This document shows, in pieces, positions 24,309 through 39,300 of a stretch of DNA of 63,744 nucleotides. The notes beneath the pieces were generated by a model. That model searched no databases and was not told where the DNA came from. It was given only the letters and a program-made list of their open reading frames with translations. Position 1 is the stretch's first letter; each line of letters opens with the position of its first letter. The stretch spans positions 185,586,066-185,649,809 of the forward strand of contig NC_068982.1 of NCBI RefSeq assembly GCF_001194135.2, written 5' to 3'. Made by a program: the position numbers and the translations under genes. The DNA comes from Octopus bimaculoides. Its lineage: Eukaryota.

Positions 24309-27300
24309 TGTATATGTATATTTATGTATATATGTATACATACATAGTATCCTGCTTCAAATATAATATGTAATAATCGTTTTAGTAGAGTTGATACAAT
24401 GGAGTACAAATGAGCTGAAAGAAAAATTGGGCATAACACAAATCAGATGCAGTGTGCATGAGAGAAGACTGTTGGTATAGGAATGTAATGGGTATGGGTA
24501 ACAACAGTTGCATAAAAAGTGCTGAGCATACGTAGTGAATGGTATCTGTAGAAGACATGGGATGAAGTGGTGACGACTAACCTCAGTATTTTGCAACTCA
24601 CAAAGGAGATGGCAAAAGATGGTGTTTTTAAGAAGACTCAACCACTCATGCAAGCATGGCAAAATGTATGTTAAAATGGGTGCAATAATGGAAGCTGGAA
24701 TATATTGAGTCTTTTGCTCATTTTGAACCAGCTAAGTTGCCACCTGCTGCCTTTTCTAGCCTATCTGATACCTTTTCATCTTTGTAACTCATTTTTCCTA
24801 TACACTAGTTTGTCACTCATGGAATGACAGAAACATTAGATCCCCCTATATTCAGACCCCAACCTTTATCACCATCTCTAGTTCTTTCTCTATGCTTGAG
24901 TAACAAGGGATTGTTTTGGATCTAACAACACCTGATATATAACTTCTTTAACACCTGTACTGTTAGCCAATACTCTCTTTCCATCTGGTCACATTACTAT
25001 TGACATACACCACTCTCATAACAGCTAGTGTTACTTCTCTATACTGCTTACATTGACATCCATCACAACACACACACACACACACACTTTCTCTCACTAC
25101 CAACTACATCTTTCTTGCTGTCTCTCATCATCTCTACTCTCTTTCTCACACACTGACTTCCTCTTCTCTCACTCTCACCACCAACCACTGTGCTCTCTGT
25201 CTTTCTCATCAGCATTTAGTATATCTCTCATCTCTCATCACTTGCTGTCATTTTCTTACCAACACCTAGTGATGTCTGAATGTTGAGGGATTAGATTGGG
25301 TTTGTTGTTACCTGATACAATCCACCAGTTCTATCTTCCCCTCACCTGTAAATATAAAGCTGCCATTAGTATTTCTTCTCCAGCACAGCATCTAATGAAT
25401 AAGGAGTTGCATCAGATCTTCTCCTCCAGTCTTCTCTGCATCTCCTTCAGGTATCTGTCAGCCTTTTATCATTGCCATTCTATTCTACACTTGTGCCTTT
25501 TCTTACCAGCAAACTTTACCCTTGATATTGTTGCTCCTACACAGTTGCAAATGATCCTTTTACAACTATCTGTTATTTGCTCTCTCCCAATACTCTCAAA
25601 CACTTTTCCCTCTTCTCCATTTCTTGTCTTCCATGCTATAACCTCAATAATCAGTAATATTCTAGCTTCTTCCTTTTAATCTTATTCTTTTGCAATCATC
25701 TACCTACATGAACATAGACAACTTAGGACAGTGAGGGTCATATATGCTTTGCAGGGTATAGGGAAACCTCACTATTGCTGATGCCACAATACAATGCATC
25801 TAGTACACACTGGGAGGTTGTTGGTGAAGGAGTGGCAACAATGCAGGGTCAGGAGGACCCTTAGCTCCTTTTTATTTACAACCTCTCTAGTGTTGATATC
25901 ATGGAAAAATGCATCCAGTACACTCTTTAAAATAGATTCCAGCTATAGAAACCATGCCAAACTTAAAGATGTGTGAAATGTGATCCACCATCTCATCTAG
26001 CAGGACAATAATTTTGAAGAAGAATTAACTCTAATCTATACCAGTGTGGAAAGCTGATGTTAATGATGGTGGTAATCATCATCAGCATCCTCACTACTTG
26101 ACATCCATGTTGTATGTTGGCATGAATTGGATGGTTTGACAGGACTAATAAATCCAAAGACTGTATTGTACTCTTGCGTCCGTTTTGGTATGGTTTTTAT
26201 GGCTGTATGCCCTTCCTAACACTAACAACTTTATTGTACTGGGTGCTTTCTTTTTCATGCCACCTGTACTAGTGAGGTCCCTATGCAACTTAGTTACAAA
26301 ACTAAGAACCCTTTCAACTGAGTGGGGTTACAATAGAGAGGGCAGTGGCCTTATGTTATGGAATGAGGTGTTAGACTATGAGAGAAGTGGCTAGAACTGA
26401 ACAGGTTTCTTGCAGTAGAGGAGCTGCATAGCTACTCATTATAGAAAAAAAGGGCAGAAGTGATGGGGTGGAAATGGAAAGAGATAAACAGTACCGATAA
26501 GGTGCTTGGGTGTATCCTCTCAAAATATGAGGCAATTAGAAGTGAGTGGAGATAGAAGAACAGGAGTGTGGGTAGGTGGACGTTGCTAGAGCATATGAGT
26601 TGCTTAGAGACAAGGAATGAATGAGAAGGTAAATGTAACGAAGAACAAGTACTGAGGGGTGATATGTAGTGAAGGTAAGGAAGAAGGAGGAGCAAGTGAC
26701 AACTTAGAAATTGAGTAGGGTTAAGGGGTGACCAATGGTACATGAGTCTGGAGAGAGATGTCTCACACACACATAATTGGCTTCACTCAATTTCCTCTTC
26801 AAGACACTCCCTACCACTTGGTATCTCTTAACTGCAGCCCTTCCTTGACACCACTTAATTTTATCCCTCTTATCTGTTATCCATTAAGACTGTTCTCTTC
26901 ACACACACACACACACACACTTTGCACTGACTACCACTCCATCACTGAGCCACTACATTATCTCTTCTCCTCCAATACCATATGTCTCTCACTCTCCTAC
27001 CCCACATCTGCAACCTATCCAATCCCATAACATCTCTCTTTTTTTCTTTCTCTGTATCATCATTACTGTTCTGCTGTTCTCACACCAGAATTTTTCTGCC
27101 TGTCAGTCATCTCCTATTCCCTACTCTCCTTAACTCATGCATCACTGGTCATCCCCCACCCCTTATCCACTATTTACTACATCTACCCTTCAATCCTTTC
27201 CAGTTGTTGCCCACCACTCCACCTTTCATCCATTCCCCATCTCTTACTCCCCCATACACTCTTGCAATTATATATGTTTCTTTGGTCTTATTCTAAGGTT

Positions 27301-30288
27301 GATGGTTTCCATTATTTCTTCATATGAAGTTACAGCAAGTGCTTTAGGATACAGCATTTCTTGTAGTTTCATGATAATTCCATATTTCAAGAGAAATGAT
27401 TCCTTAGTAGACACACCTTCAGAATCTTTAGATACCTTTAGTACATTAACAGTTGCTTTAAACTGAAAAGGCCATGAAACAGCTTGATTTGTGTCTTCAG
27501 AGCAAGATACTTAGTATCTTTTGATATCTTCACCACCGATTGAGTGTTTATGATATTTAAGATAATTATATAAGTTCTCATAAGTGAAGTTCAAATCTTC
27601 AGATGTCTCTTATGATAGCATATCATGAGTCACCATTGTTATCAAACCAGTATGCCATAAAAAGCGACCCATATATTGAAATGGAAGTCACTTTAGATAA
27701 TCCTGGCCATGTGTGAGTATACAAAAGTCATTTAATGTCATTGGTGTAACAGGCACTCCACTGGTTATGATGAGGAGGGTTCCAGCTGATCTGATCAATG
27801 GAGCAGACTGCTCATGACGTTTATTTGCAAGTGACTGAGCATGCCACAAACATACCCTTAACCCTTAACTTGGACTGTAACAAGGCTGGCCTTTCGAACT
27901 ATAAGTACTATAAATTTTTGCCAGCTGAATGACTGAGGCAATGTGAAATAAAGTGTCTTGCTCAAGGACACAATGTACCACCAGGAATCAAACTCACGAC
28001 CTTATCATCATGAGGTGAATACCCTAATCACAAAACCTTCACTGTTAATATAGCATGCACCTTCACTATTAACATAACAATGATGACATCAAGTGGTTAG
28101 ATAATGTGCAGCTTGTTTATGATAAGCCAGACAATATAAGAAGATATTCAAAGTGCAGTTGAAATAAAGGGTGTATAATACATTAATACCCATTAATTAT
28201 TATTTTGTATGAACATCGATGTCCTAGGTAGACATTAAACTGCATACGGTGATGAAGCTCCAGTTTGGGAGTTCTGGAGTTGTGGGTAATTAAGTCACCT
28301 CTTAATTGCCATTGTTCCTCAGTCTAATCTGATAAAAAATGGTAGTAGCCATCTAAGGGTTAAACAGGTTTTTTTGTAAGGTTAAATTGAACTTCTTAGC
28401 TGCAGTGAAAGAAATCAGTCCAGGAGAAGGAAAACTCCAAAATTAATTCCCTGTTCCAACATGTCCTAAGCTAGCATGGGAGAATATCGCTGATGAAACT
28501 AACATGAGATATGTTCAATAAGATGGATTCATACTATGGAGGCAACTGTCTTGTGTTAGTATATATTCTTCCACAAGTGGAGATAGCAGGAAATGATGAT
28601 CAATATCAAAGCCAATAGTAACACAAATAAATTAACATGTTTCACATACAAGAGGATATCATATTTTTCTTTGTGTATGTATGTGTATCTGTATGTATAT
28701 ATATGTGCATGTGTACATGTATTTGCATGTATATGTGTTTTCATATGTATCTGAGTGTATGCAATGAATGTATGTGTTTGTATGTATGATTATTATATAG
28801 TTTGTAGTAATATTAGACTTTATGTCTATCAATATATATAACTTGTAACACATATTACATGATATATCACACACATATTATACATATATGTTAACCATGC
28901 ACATAGGTTAACTAATATACACATGTCAATATATTTTGAGAAAATATGATAACCCCCTAGGAATCATACCACATGTATTATTCTGCCCAAGACCACATGT
29001 CCAGTACCTACATGTCAAATAATTCAAGTCCAGTACAATAAGTCCTGCATCATGTTAACACAGTCACCAGATGTTCAGCCTCAAATATGCAAGTCTCTCA
29101 AGTGTCACTATTACCTAAACAGCATCTGAAAGCTTCTTTATAACCAACCTGTTCTATGTAACAAGCAATATGTCACACCAATAATTAAAAAAGAAATCTC
29201 TTTATAAAGTTTCTTTAACCAATACACAAACCACCCCAAATATACCTGTTGTATTCACAGTAGCAGTAGTTAAGCTAAATTTAACATTTCTAATGGACTG
29301 TCTATACTAAACAACATGTCCTTTACATTAACAGTACTTACAGCTACATGTTGAGCTTGCACAGAAGTCTATGCAGGCATTTGACCTACAAGAAATAGTA
29401 GTTACATCTTCATCAAATACTACCCTACTCTATTCAGAAATGTTAAATATATACAGGATAAATTAATGCTGAATATGTCAGAAAAGAAAATAGGATAGTC
29501 AGAGTCGGAATGTGAGTCAAATGACAAATGCTTGGCAGAAAACAAACAACATGAAACAAGCTCCATAAAACCCTACAAAAGTAAAGGTTGTAGAAAGTCT
29601 TCAAAATACATTAAAATCCAAATATCTCAGAAAGATGCATTTTCCACGAATAACAATACTAACAACATTAAAAACAGGAAATACTATTATCTGCCTTCAT
29701 AATGCCCAAATTGTGAACAGAATACATTCAAAAATAAATGTTTCATACAAGAAAATAAATTTCACAGACTAAAAGAACCCAGAAAGTCCTGTAATACTTC
29801 ACTATCAGCATTAAAAATACGTTCATAGAATTATAAAAAACTGCTATCATCACTCACAGCATTCATGTAGTAATAATTCAAGAAACCCTTTTATAAGTAA
29901 TAATCTTAATAGCTGCCATCCTAAATTGCACCCAGATCAGACTACACAGATGCTTCTACAAAAGGACTGGTCTTATATAAAAAGAATTACATTCAATGAC
30001 ATTTGTAAATTAATAAAGAATAACACTATGCTAGAAATGCAACCTTTCAGAATAATAGCAATAGAAAGTAGATAATTATAATAAAAAACATATATACTCC
30101 CACCATGCTTACTAATTGTCCTACCAAATCATACACACAGCTATAGCACTTTAACATTCAAACATCTTCATTGGGATACATTTCAATGCACACAACACTT
30201 CTTGGTTTTCTAAAAGTACAGACAACAAGAGAAGTGATATAAATATTGCACTTACACTCTCCATACAGTTTTAACAATCCACACCAAA

Positions 30289-30320
<32 letters not shown>

Positions 30321-33300
30321 CTAAGTCAAGTGTAACCAGATGTTCAGAAGTTAACACCACAATCAGTGTAGTACATGCCTTCAATAAAATAGTTACAGAT
30401 GCATTTAAAAAATATGGGAGTAATCCCAAAAGTAAGGTCTCCAAAAATATTTAGAAATCACAGAAACGTTTATTCTCAATGATGTTTACATCATTTTAAA
30501 GTTTGAACATTTATCTATTTTTCTTCATAATCACCATTTCAGTTGATGCATTTTTGTAGGCACTGGGGTAATTTTTGTATGCCCATGTCATTGAGGAAGC
30601 GTTGAACCTCATCTTTCACCTCGTCGTCGTTGCTGAAGTGCGTTCCAGCCAAATGTTCCTTCAACTTAAGGGAACAGGTGGTAGTCACTGGGTGCTAAGT
30701 CTGGACTATAAGATGGATTGCCGTTTATGGTTTTCTGTGAGCATTCGTGGGACCCATCTTGCGCACACCTTCCAATATTGCAACTTTTCACTCAAACCCC
30801 TATGAATGGTGCTTCAGGAAACCTCAGGAACTAAAATGTGGGGATCATCCAGAGTGATCCGCTGATTTTCACGCAGGATTTGCCAAACTTTTGCGACTGT
30901 CTCGTCGGAAATTGATGGTTGCCTGCTTCTTTTTTCGTCATGAATTTCAGTATGACCAGCTGTAAACTCCCTACACCACTTGCAGACGTTTTTCCATCCA
31001 TGCACGACTCACCTCACACTTCCATTAATTGGTGATGAATTTCAATCAGTTTAATGCCTTTTGAATTCAAAAATTGTATAACTGTGCAAACTTCACACTT
31101 GGCAGTAGTGTCAATCGAGAGGTCCATCAGATACGACTGCCAAGCCAAGACTCGGCATAGCAGTGAGACACGTGCAAGGGCAGGTGCATGCTCAACAAAC
31201 ACAATAGTGTGGCCAATAGCTGCATGCACAGTTTCCCTGCGTCCCCAGTGCTTTGAAGACCTTACTTTTGGGATTACCCTCATATATTCAGCAAGACAAT
31301 ATAAAAAATATGACCCCAATTACAGTTTGGAATTATCCACCTCATAAAAACCAGAAACAATCACAGCCACAATACACTAAAACCATATACACAGTCAAAA
31401 TAAAACTCAACATCAAACAAGGCAATACCAAATAAAAGGAGCAAACAATTGTGTCCAACATAAACTACAAAACCAATAGTAAGACTTTATATAGAGTAAT
31501 TAGTGGCATCTCAAAACAAAAAAATGACGCTCACATCTCATGCCATAAAAAACTCAAATAATATACTGATACTACAATACCAATTAAATATCCTTTCCAG
31601 ATACTTCTTGAAAATTAGCTCTCAAAACCATACAAATGAAATAGGAACACAAAATACAAAAGAAAAAAATGCATCTTATATCTAGAACATGATTTTAACT
31701 CCCTTTTTTCCATCAGGAACCCAAAATGTAACTGGGAAATTTAAAAAATTCAGTAACCTCAAAGTAAGACAAACTCATAAACATACACTGAAAACATTTT
31801 GGGAACTTTGAAAGAAGCACCTCAATCATCAGCATCTGCGACTGCTCATATCAGCATGGTTAAATTCCTAGAATCTGGAATCTGGGTAAAATTATAACAA
31901 TTCTAAAGCCCAACAAAACCACACGTGAAATAACATTATACAGACGTTTTACCCTCCTATGCACATCCTCAAACATTCTAGAAAGGTTAATCCTTGGCAT
32001 CACTAACTCACATACATTCTGTAAATCATAAATGGAAGTTTGACCACATGTATCATTCTATTATCAACGTCAACAAAGCTTTTGAGTCCAAATAAATGAA
32101 TAAATACTCAATGTTGAAATAAAACACTAGCTAGCTAATTACCTGTCAGGTCATATATAGAGTACAAGAACAACACTTTCAAATCTGTAACTTCCTGAAT
32201 GGAGTAAAACAAGGATCCATCCTCTTACCTACGCTTTTCAGTCTGTGACCATCCCACATTTTCACAAAGCACATAGACAGCCTCTTATGCTGATGAAATC
32301 AGATGCATATTCACTACCATTCTCCAGTCCTTCCACGAAGTGACATGAACATACTACGCACTCAGAAGACAGACATCTCTACTACATTCACAATACACAT
32401 GGAAGATATAGTAAAGAAAACAAAATCACACATATTTATAACAAACATGGATACAACATTTGACCAAAAGAAGGAAACAACAACAATGTATGTACATTAC
32501 ATAAGATCCATCATGGGCTGCATCATTTCTATTTGGGACCCCAATCTCTCCACAGAAAATCCCAGCAAATTACAAAGTTCATAAAACAGCACACCATCTA
32601 TTATAACAGTCTGTACACAACCCATGCACACTAAAGCAAAAATATCAAAAATGTAAAACCATCTGGATATATGAGGGACCAACCAGCACAATCCCTGCTA
32701 CTACATGAAAAAGCTTCTCTGAATATCCAGACATATGTACATTACCTCCAGAGCACTGCTACAATAACATCCTAAAAACATTATCCTTCCCATTCAACTG
32801 GGATAAGTATAAAACATACAGAGTAACAGCTGCAACAACACTTAGTACACCATTGAAAATAAGTGCATAGGGACAGCAACTGTCATGTTACAATCTAGTC
32901 CGCCTTCTCACAGCCTTGCTGCCACTTTGGCTAACACTAGTGTCTATGAGTGTGCAAGAATGGGCTGGACAGCAGAGATACTCGTGCAGTGCACTCTATA
33001 TGAATCATCATGGCATGTTGGGTATGCAGTGTGCACATAAACAAAACATAGTATAACTGAGAAGATGGATTTATGGGTCACAAATAGTTGTTCAGTCGAT
33101 CACCTGTGTGCTACAGAATTGTTCAACTGAGGTAAAACTGAGGCTATACAACATATCCAATAACCACTAACTGGCTATTCCAGCAACAATACCTGTCATC
33201 ATATGCCTATCATACAAACAGTACCTACCACTGCATGTCCACTACGCTAACAGTACTTATCACTAAATGTCTATCACATAAACAAAGCTAAACATAGTGT

Positions 33301-36300
33301 TATGCACATTAATTGTAACTAACCCCAAATATCCCCCAGTTTATCAATGTAACACCAAGTTACTAAAGTTTTCACAGTGTCATTGTAAGTGTTCCCATGC
33401 TCAGTAGGGAGTCAGTATCCTTATCCTGTCAACAGTTTCTATGTTAAGTACCACTGTCATCATTCTGACAGTTTAACTCTCATGTTAAGCAAACGGCCAG
33501 TGTTTCCATACTGTCAGTTGTTCCCATATTAAGTGGATAATGAATGTCTCCATTGTGTCAATGTAAATGTACCTATGTTAGCCAGACAGCCAGTGCCTCC
33601 ACTTAGGCAACCATTCCAATTTTAAGTAGACAGTCATATCCCTATACTCTCAATGTAACTGTCTTCACATTAAATAGACAGCTAGAATCTCCATGCTGCT
33701 AATACAAATAATTCTATGTTACAGAGACTACCAGTATACCCGTACTGTCAATGTAACTGTCGCCTTGCTAAGTAGACAGTTAGAGTCTCCTTAGTGTCAA
33801 CTCTTTCCAGTTAGTGATCCCATGTGGCTGATGTAACTGCCTCTATGTTAATCAGACAACTAGTTTCCCCACAGTGTCAGTGTAACTGCCTCTATATTCA
33901 GTAGACAGTCAGTGTTATAAAAACATAAATCCTCACACTTACCTTTTGCAACACTCTGGAATAAATGAGAGAAAAGAGAATGCAATTAGCAATGCAACAT
34001 TAGACTGCACTTGCAAATATGCAACAGTTAATGGTATGTGTGCAGTGTTTAAGCCTGTAGAAAGTGCACAGCATGTATGTGTGTGCGTGCGCGCAGTATG
34101 TGAGTCTGTAGAAAGTGCAGAACATATATGTGTGCAGCTTGTGTTGAAATTAAAGCAGTGCAATGACTGGTGGTTGTTGGTGGTGATAATGGTGGTTGAT
34201 GATGATAACGATTGTGATAGTAGCAATGATAGTGATGATGATGGTGGTCATTGCTAAAACAAATAGTGGTAATGATGACTGTAATGATGACTGTAATGAT
34301 GGATGCAGATGTGCTGAAGAGTTGATGGTTTATCAGTTCATTGACTATTTAAGCAGTGAAGAATGTCTTTGTGTGTAACAACCTAAGAAATTGAAACTAG
34401 AACCATATGGCAGACTCCCTATAACAAAGAGACCATTTCACTTCCTTTAAAAAAATTGATAAGTAATCAATTAGTTTCTTATTCTCCCACCATTATCCTC
34501 TATTCTAGGTCACTGATTTTGTGAATTTTGACTTTCTTGAAATACTTCCCTCTATCCAACACTTTTATCTTTTCTTTTATTTGTTTCAGTCACTATACTG
34601 TGGCCATGCGGAGGCACTGCCTTGAAGAATTTTAGTTGAATGAATTGACCCCAGTACTTTTTTTAGGCCCGGTACTTATTTTATTGGTCTCTTTTGCCAA
34701 ACTGCTAAGTTACAGGGACGTAAACACACCAACATCAGTTGTCAAACAGTGGTGGTGGACAAACACAGTCACAAAGACATACACACATGCATGAGTGTGT
34801 GTATGACAAACTTCTTTAAGTTTCTGTGTACCAAATTCATTCACAACGGTTTGGTCAGCCCAAGGCTATAGCAGAAAACTCTTGCCCAAAGTGCCATGTA
34901 GTGGGATTAAACCCAGAACCATGTGGTTAGGAAGCAAACTTCTTAACGCACAGCCATGCCTGCATCTATAGTTGACCATTTTCTTGTGTTTTCCATATGC
35001 TACTATCAAATCACCCAACTCTACTATCTATAGTCATATGAACTACCTCTACTCTGGATGCTGTCCACTACAATCTTATAACTCATTTCTACTATGGTTA
35101 CAGTCCACCAGCATCTGTTCTCTGCAATATAGCAATTTCCTTGGTCATTTGTTTAATTGTAGCATGGGTTGGACACAAAATCTATGATAATGATGTTGGG
35201 ATGGTTTTCTTCAATTTCTCTACCAGTTATAATTCAGAATAATGTGACTGATGTCTTCAATGAATTCTTCTATCATTTGTTGTCATGTCTGTCTTGCAGT
35301 AATGATTTATATATTGGCTAGTGAATATTTAATATTCACTCAGTCATGCCTGTTGTTTGTTGCAAAATGCCTAACTGTGAAGAGCGGTTCAGAGTGAGAC
35401 AAGTCTGTGGCCTCATTTTAATTTTTCAGTGACAGCAACTTAACATTCCTTTTATTATCCATATCAAGGGAAGTGAATAAATATTTTTCCATTTCCTCCA
35501 TAAAACAAATCTCATTTTTTATGCTTAATTATTATTTATTCATTTATGCTTAATTAGAATCATCTACTATTATGCTTAATTACTATTAAATTGCTATTAT
35601 AGCATGCCATGCAAAATGTTTAGTGGAATTTCATTTATCATTACATTCTGAATTCAAATTACATCAAGGTTAACTTTGCCTTTCATCCTTTTGGGGTCAA
35701 TAAAATAAGTGCCAGTTGAGTACTGGGGTCAATGTAATCGACTTAACCGCATCCCTCAAAAATGCTGGCCTTGTGCCAAAATTTGAAACCAAATTACTAT
35801 CATTACAAGTGGCATTTGGCAGAATTGTAGGAATATTGTAGAAATCATCATCATCATCATATGTAGGAATAAAGGCGGCGAGCTGGCAGAAACGTTAGCA
35901 CGCCGGGCAAAATGTTTAGCGGTATTTCGTCTGCCGTTACGTTCTGAGTTCAAATTCTGCCGGGGTCGACTTTGCCTTTCATCCTTTTGGGGTCGATAAA
36001 TTAAATACAGTTATGCACTGGAGTCGATGTAATCGACTTAATCCCTTTGTCTGTCCTTGTTTGTCCCCTCTATGTCTAGCCCCTTGTGGACAATAAAGAA
36101 ATAAGAATTGTAGGAATATTGGACAAAATGCTTTGTAATAATTAACTACAGTTCTTTGCATTCTAAATTCAAATCCCACAGAAGCCTTCTTTGCCTTTCA
36201 TTCTTCAGGATCAATGAATAAATCAGTGGTCAAATTGGGGTTGATATAACTAACTGTTCCCCTACCCACAATTTTATGGCCTTGTGCTTTTATAAGAAAC

Positions 36301-39300
36301 AATATAATTGTTTTTGCAGTTTGGCCTCAAGTCAGCTCTGGTCAGTGTCCTTTCCCTTTTAAGATAGCTGGATAGGGTTTTTGGGGAAATATGACTGATA
36401 TTTCTAGCAGAATGAATGTCCACAGAGAAGCTCTCTTAGTAACATGCTTTCTCTGATGTTGTATGTAGTTGTTGTTGACAGACAAAACAAATAAAGTGCT
36501 AGAGTAAAGTTTATGGAAGAAGAGTAACTTTGATAACAATGATGATTACTGATAGCAGTAGTAATGGGAGTAGTATAACAAAGGTGATGTAGCAGTGGTA
36601 GTATAGAGAAGTATAGGAACTTGTGAAGGTGGAGATGAAAGATAGTGAAAGTAGAACAGTAGTGGTGATAGTGGAGAGGTAAAGGAGATAGTTGGTGGGG
36701 GTGGGGGGTATACGCTATGAAGAAAAGACAGTGGGTAAAGGTAGTGAGGGGCAGCGGGGGAAGAGAGGTAATTAAGGTGAGTTAGAGAAAGAGGTGATGG
36801 GAAAGAGGTCATGGAGATGGTGGAGGCATAGCTTCTTTTATCTTTAAACCAGACAGTGGCAAAATGAAACAAATGATGTAACTGGCTGCTATTATTGAGT
36901 GATCCTGTCGTGGTAGTAGTAGTAGTAGTAGTAGTAGTAGCAGTGGTATTAGTGGTGGTGAGGTAGTNNNNNNNNNNNNNNNNNNNNNNNNNNNNNNNNN
37001 NNNNNNNNNNNNNNNNNNNNNNNNNNNNNNNNNNNNNNNNNNNNNNNNNNNNNNNNNNNNNNNNNNNNNNNNNNNAGTAGTAGTAGTAGTAGTAGTAGTA
37101 GCAGTGGTATTAGTGGTGGTGAGGTAGTTGTAGTGATGGTAGTCAGATGTTATTAGTAGTAATGGTTATGTGTTGTGACATGGTAGTTGCGGTAGTGGTA
37201 ACAGGGCAATAGTGGTGAGTGAATGGTAGTGGTGAGGCGTTAGTTGTGATGGTGGTTAGTTGGTCGTACTGATATAGTTTAATCTATTTTCTCTATTATA
37301 TCGAAATCAAATTCGATGACTGGCATCTGTGCTAGTGGAGTGCTAACAGCACCATCCGAGCATGATCGTTGCCAGAGCAGCTGTCTGGCTTCCGTACTGG
37401 TGGCACATAAAAAGCACTGATATAGTTTAATCTATTTTCTCTATTATATCGATATAGTCGATGGAATATATTGATATCTATCTGATGAGTATACCATGAC
37501 TAGCCAGTTATACACAAAATTATTTATTGATTAATCAAGATGATGACCATAATGTCACTGATGGATGTGTCTAGGAATAGCTGATAAATCCCTTTTTGCT
37601 GTCAATGTGGATGATTCTTGAGTGTTGCCAAAGTATGCAATTCTGTTGTCTGTATTGCCTGATCCTTGATTATGATAGTAAATGGCCTGTACTTCTTGTA
37701 AAGATTTTGTTAGTATGAGACTTTGGTTTTCTTTGGGTTGATGGTGAGGCCAAAGCCATAAGAGAGAGAGAGAGAGAGGAGAATCTGTCCATGCACAGCT
37801 ACATCTCAAACTGAGAATATACTGAGAGCAAAATAATTTGCAAACATCTCATATTGATGAGCTAACAGTTAGTGTGGTAGTGTATACCAAAGCCATTCTT
37901 CTCTGTTCTGCACACCATGAAGATTGTGCCATGACCCTCTCTCAAGCTACATTGGCTCTCAAACAAAAGACTCTGTTCAAGGTAGACAATCAGCCAATTC
38001 AACATTATTTGGGCAAGAATCTTCCCTGTGACATTAACAGTGATATGCTCCGCTGGATGTGTAATGTCAGTGTGCATACTCGACAGAGTGTAAATACCTT
38101 GAGAGAAAAGTTGGACCTAAGAAGCATCAGATGTGGTGTGCAAGAGAGACGACTGCGCTGGTATGGTCATGTGGCGAGACTGGATGAGGATAGCTGTGTG
38201 AAAAAGTGCCATTCCCTAGTGTTTGAAGGAACCTGTGGAAGAGGTAGACCCAGGGAGACCTGGGATGAGGTGGTGAAGCATGACCTTTGAACATTAGGCC
38301 TCACCAAGGCAATGACTTGTGACCAAGACCTGTGCATGAGAAGACCCAGCAAGTAAAGTGAGACCATAACCCATGGCCTATGCCAGGGGTGTAACCAGCC
38401 CACTTATGCATACCTTTCCTTCATTGGACACTAAACTCTGCTTGTGAAGACCTGTTGAGGCAAGTGAAATCGAAATCGAAATCAAATTCGATGACTGGCA
38501 TCTGTGCTAGTGGAGTGCTAACAGCACCATCCGAGCATGATCGTTGCCAGAGCAGCTGTCTGGCTTCCGTACTGGTGGCACGTAAAAAGCACCATTCAAG
38601 CATGATTGTTACCACCATCGCCTTACTGGCATGTGAAAAAAAACATTCGAGCGAGGTTGTTGCCAGTGCCACTGGACTGGCTCCTGAGCAGATGGCACAT
38701 AAAAAACACCATGTGAGCGTGGCCATTGCCAGTACCACCTGACTGGCCCTCGTGCCAGTGGCATGTAAAAGCACCCACTACACTCTCGGAGTCGTTGGCA
38801 TTAGGAAGGGCATCCAACAGCCAGATCAGATTGGAGCCTGATGCAGCCATTTCATTCGCCAGTCCTCAGTCAAATCATCCAACCCATGCCAGTATGGAAA
38901 GCGGACGTTAAACGATGATGATAATGATGATGATGATGCCTTAGTGGTTGGCACGTTATTTGCCTGACAAAGATGCAATCATAGGCCTATCAGTCACTCT
39001 CCTGTGAAGACCAGCAAATTTCTTGGCAAAAGAACCCTTGACAGCTGCAAACACCATGAAGAGTGTGCCACGACTTTTATGATTTTCTTCCTCTTTGAAA
39101 ATATGCACTATTGAAGAATCCTTGAAATCTAGTGGAATATCCTTCTGGTACCACACCAAGTGGAAGAGTTCAGTGAGCCTTGAGACAAAGTGAGGACTGC
39201 CAGTCTTGTGAATCTCAGTGAGAATAGTGTTTGTTCCAGAGGCTTTGCCACTAGATAGCACCTCTATAACCTCCTTGATCCCATCGTCAGTATGATGATC

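Noticed and set aside
27270-27470. Minus-strand open frame after a cttttcag acceptor ([16 protein letters not shown]...)
   Set aside because: No donor or AK similarity; it lies in decayed LINE-like sequence.
36910-37130. Identical gtagtagcagtggtattagtggtggtgaggtagt on both sides of an N gap
   Set aside because: Most likely overlapping contig ends (assembly artefact).
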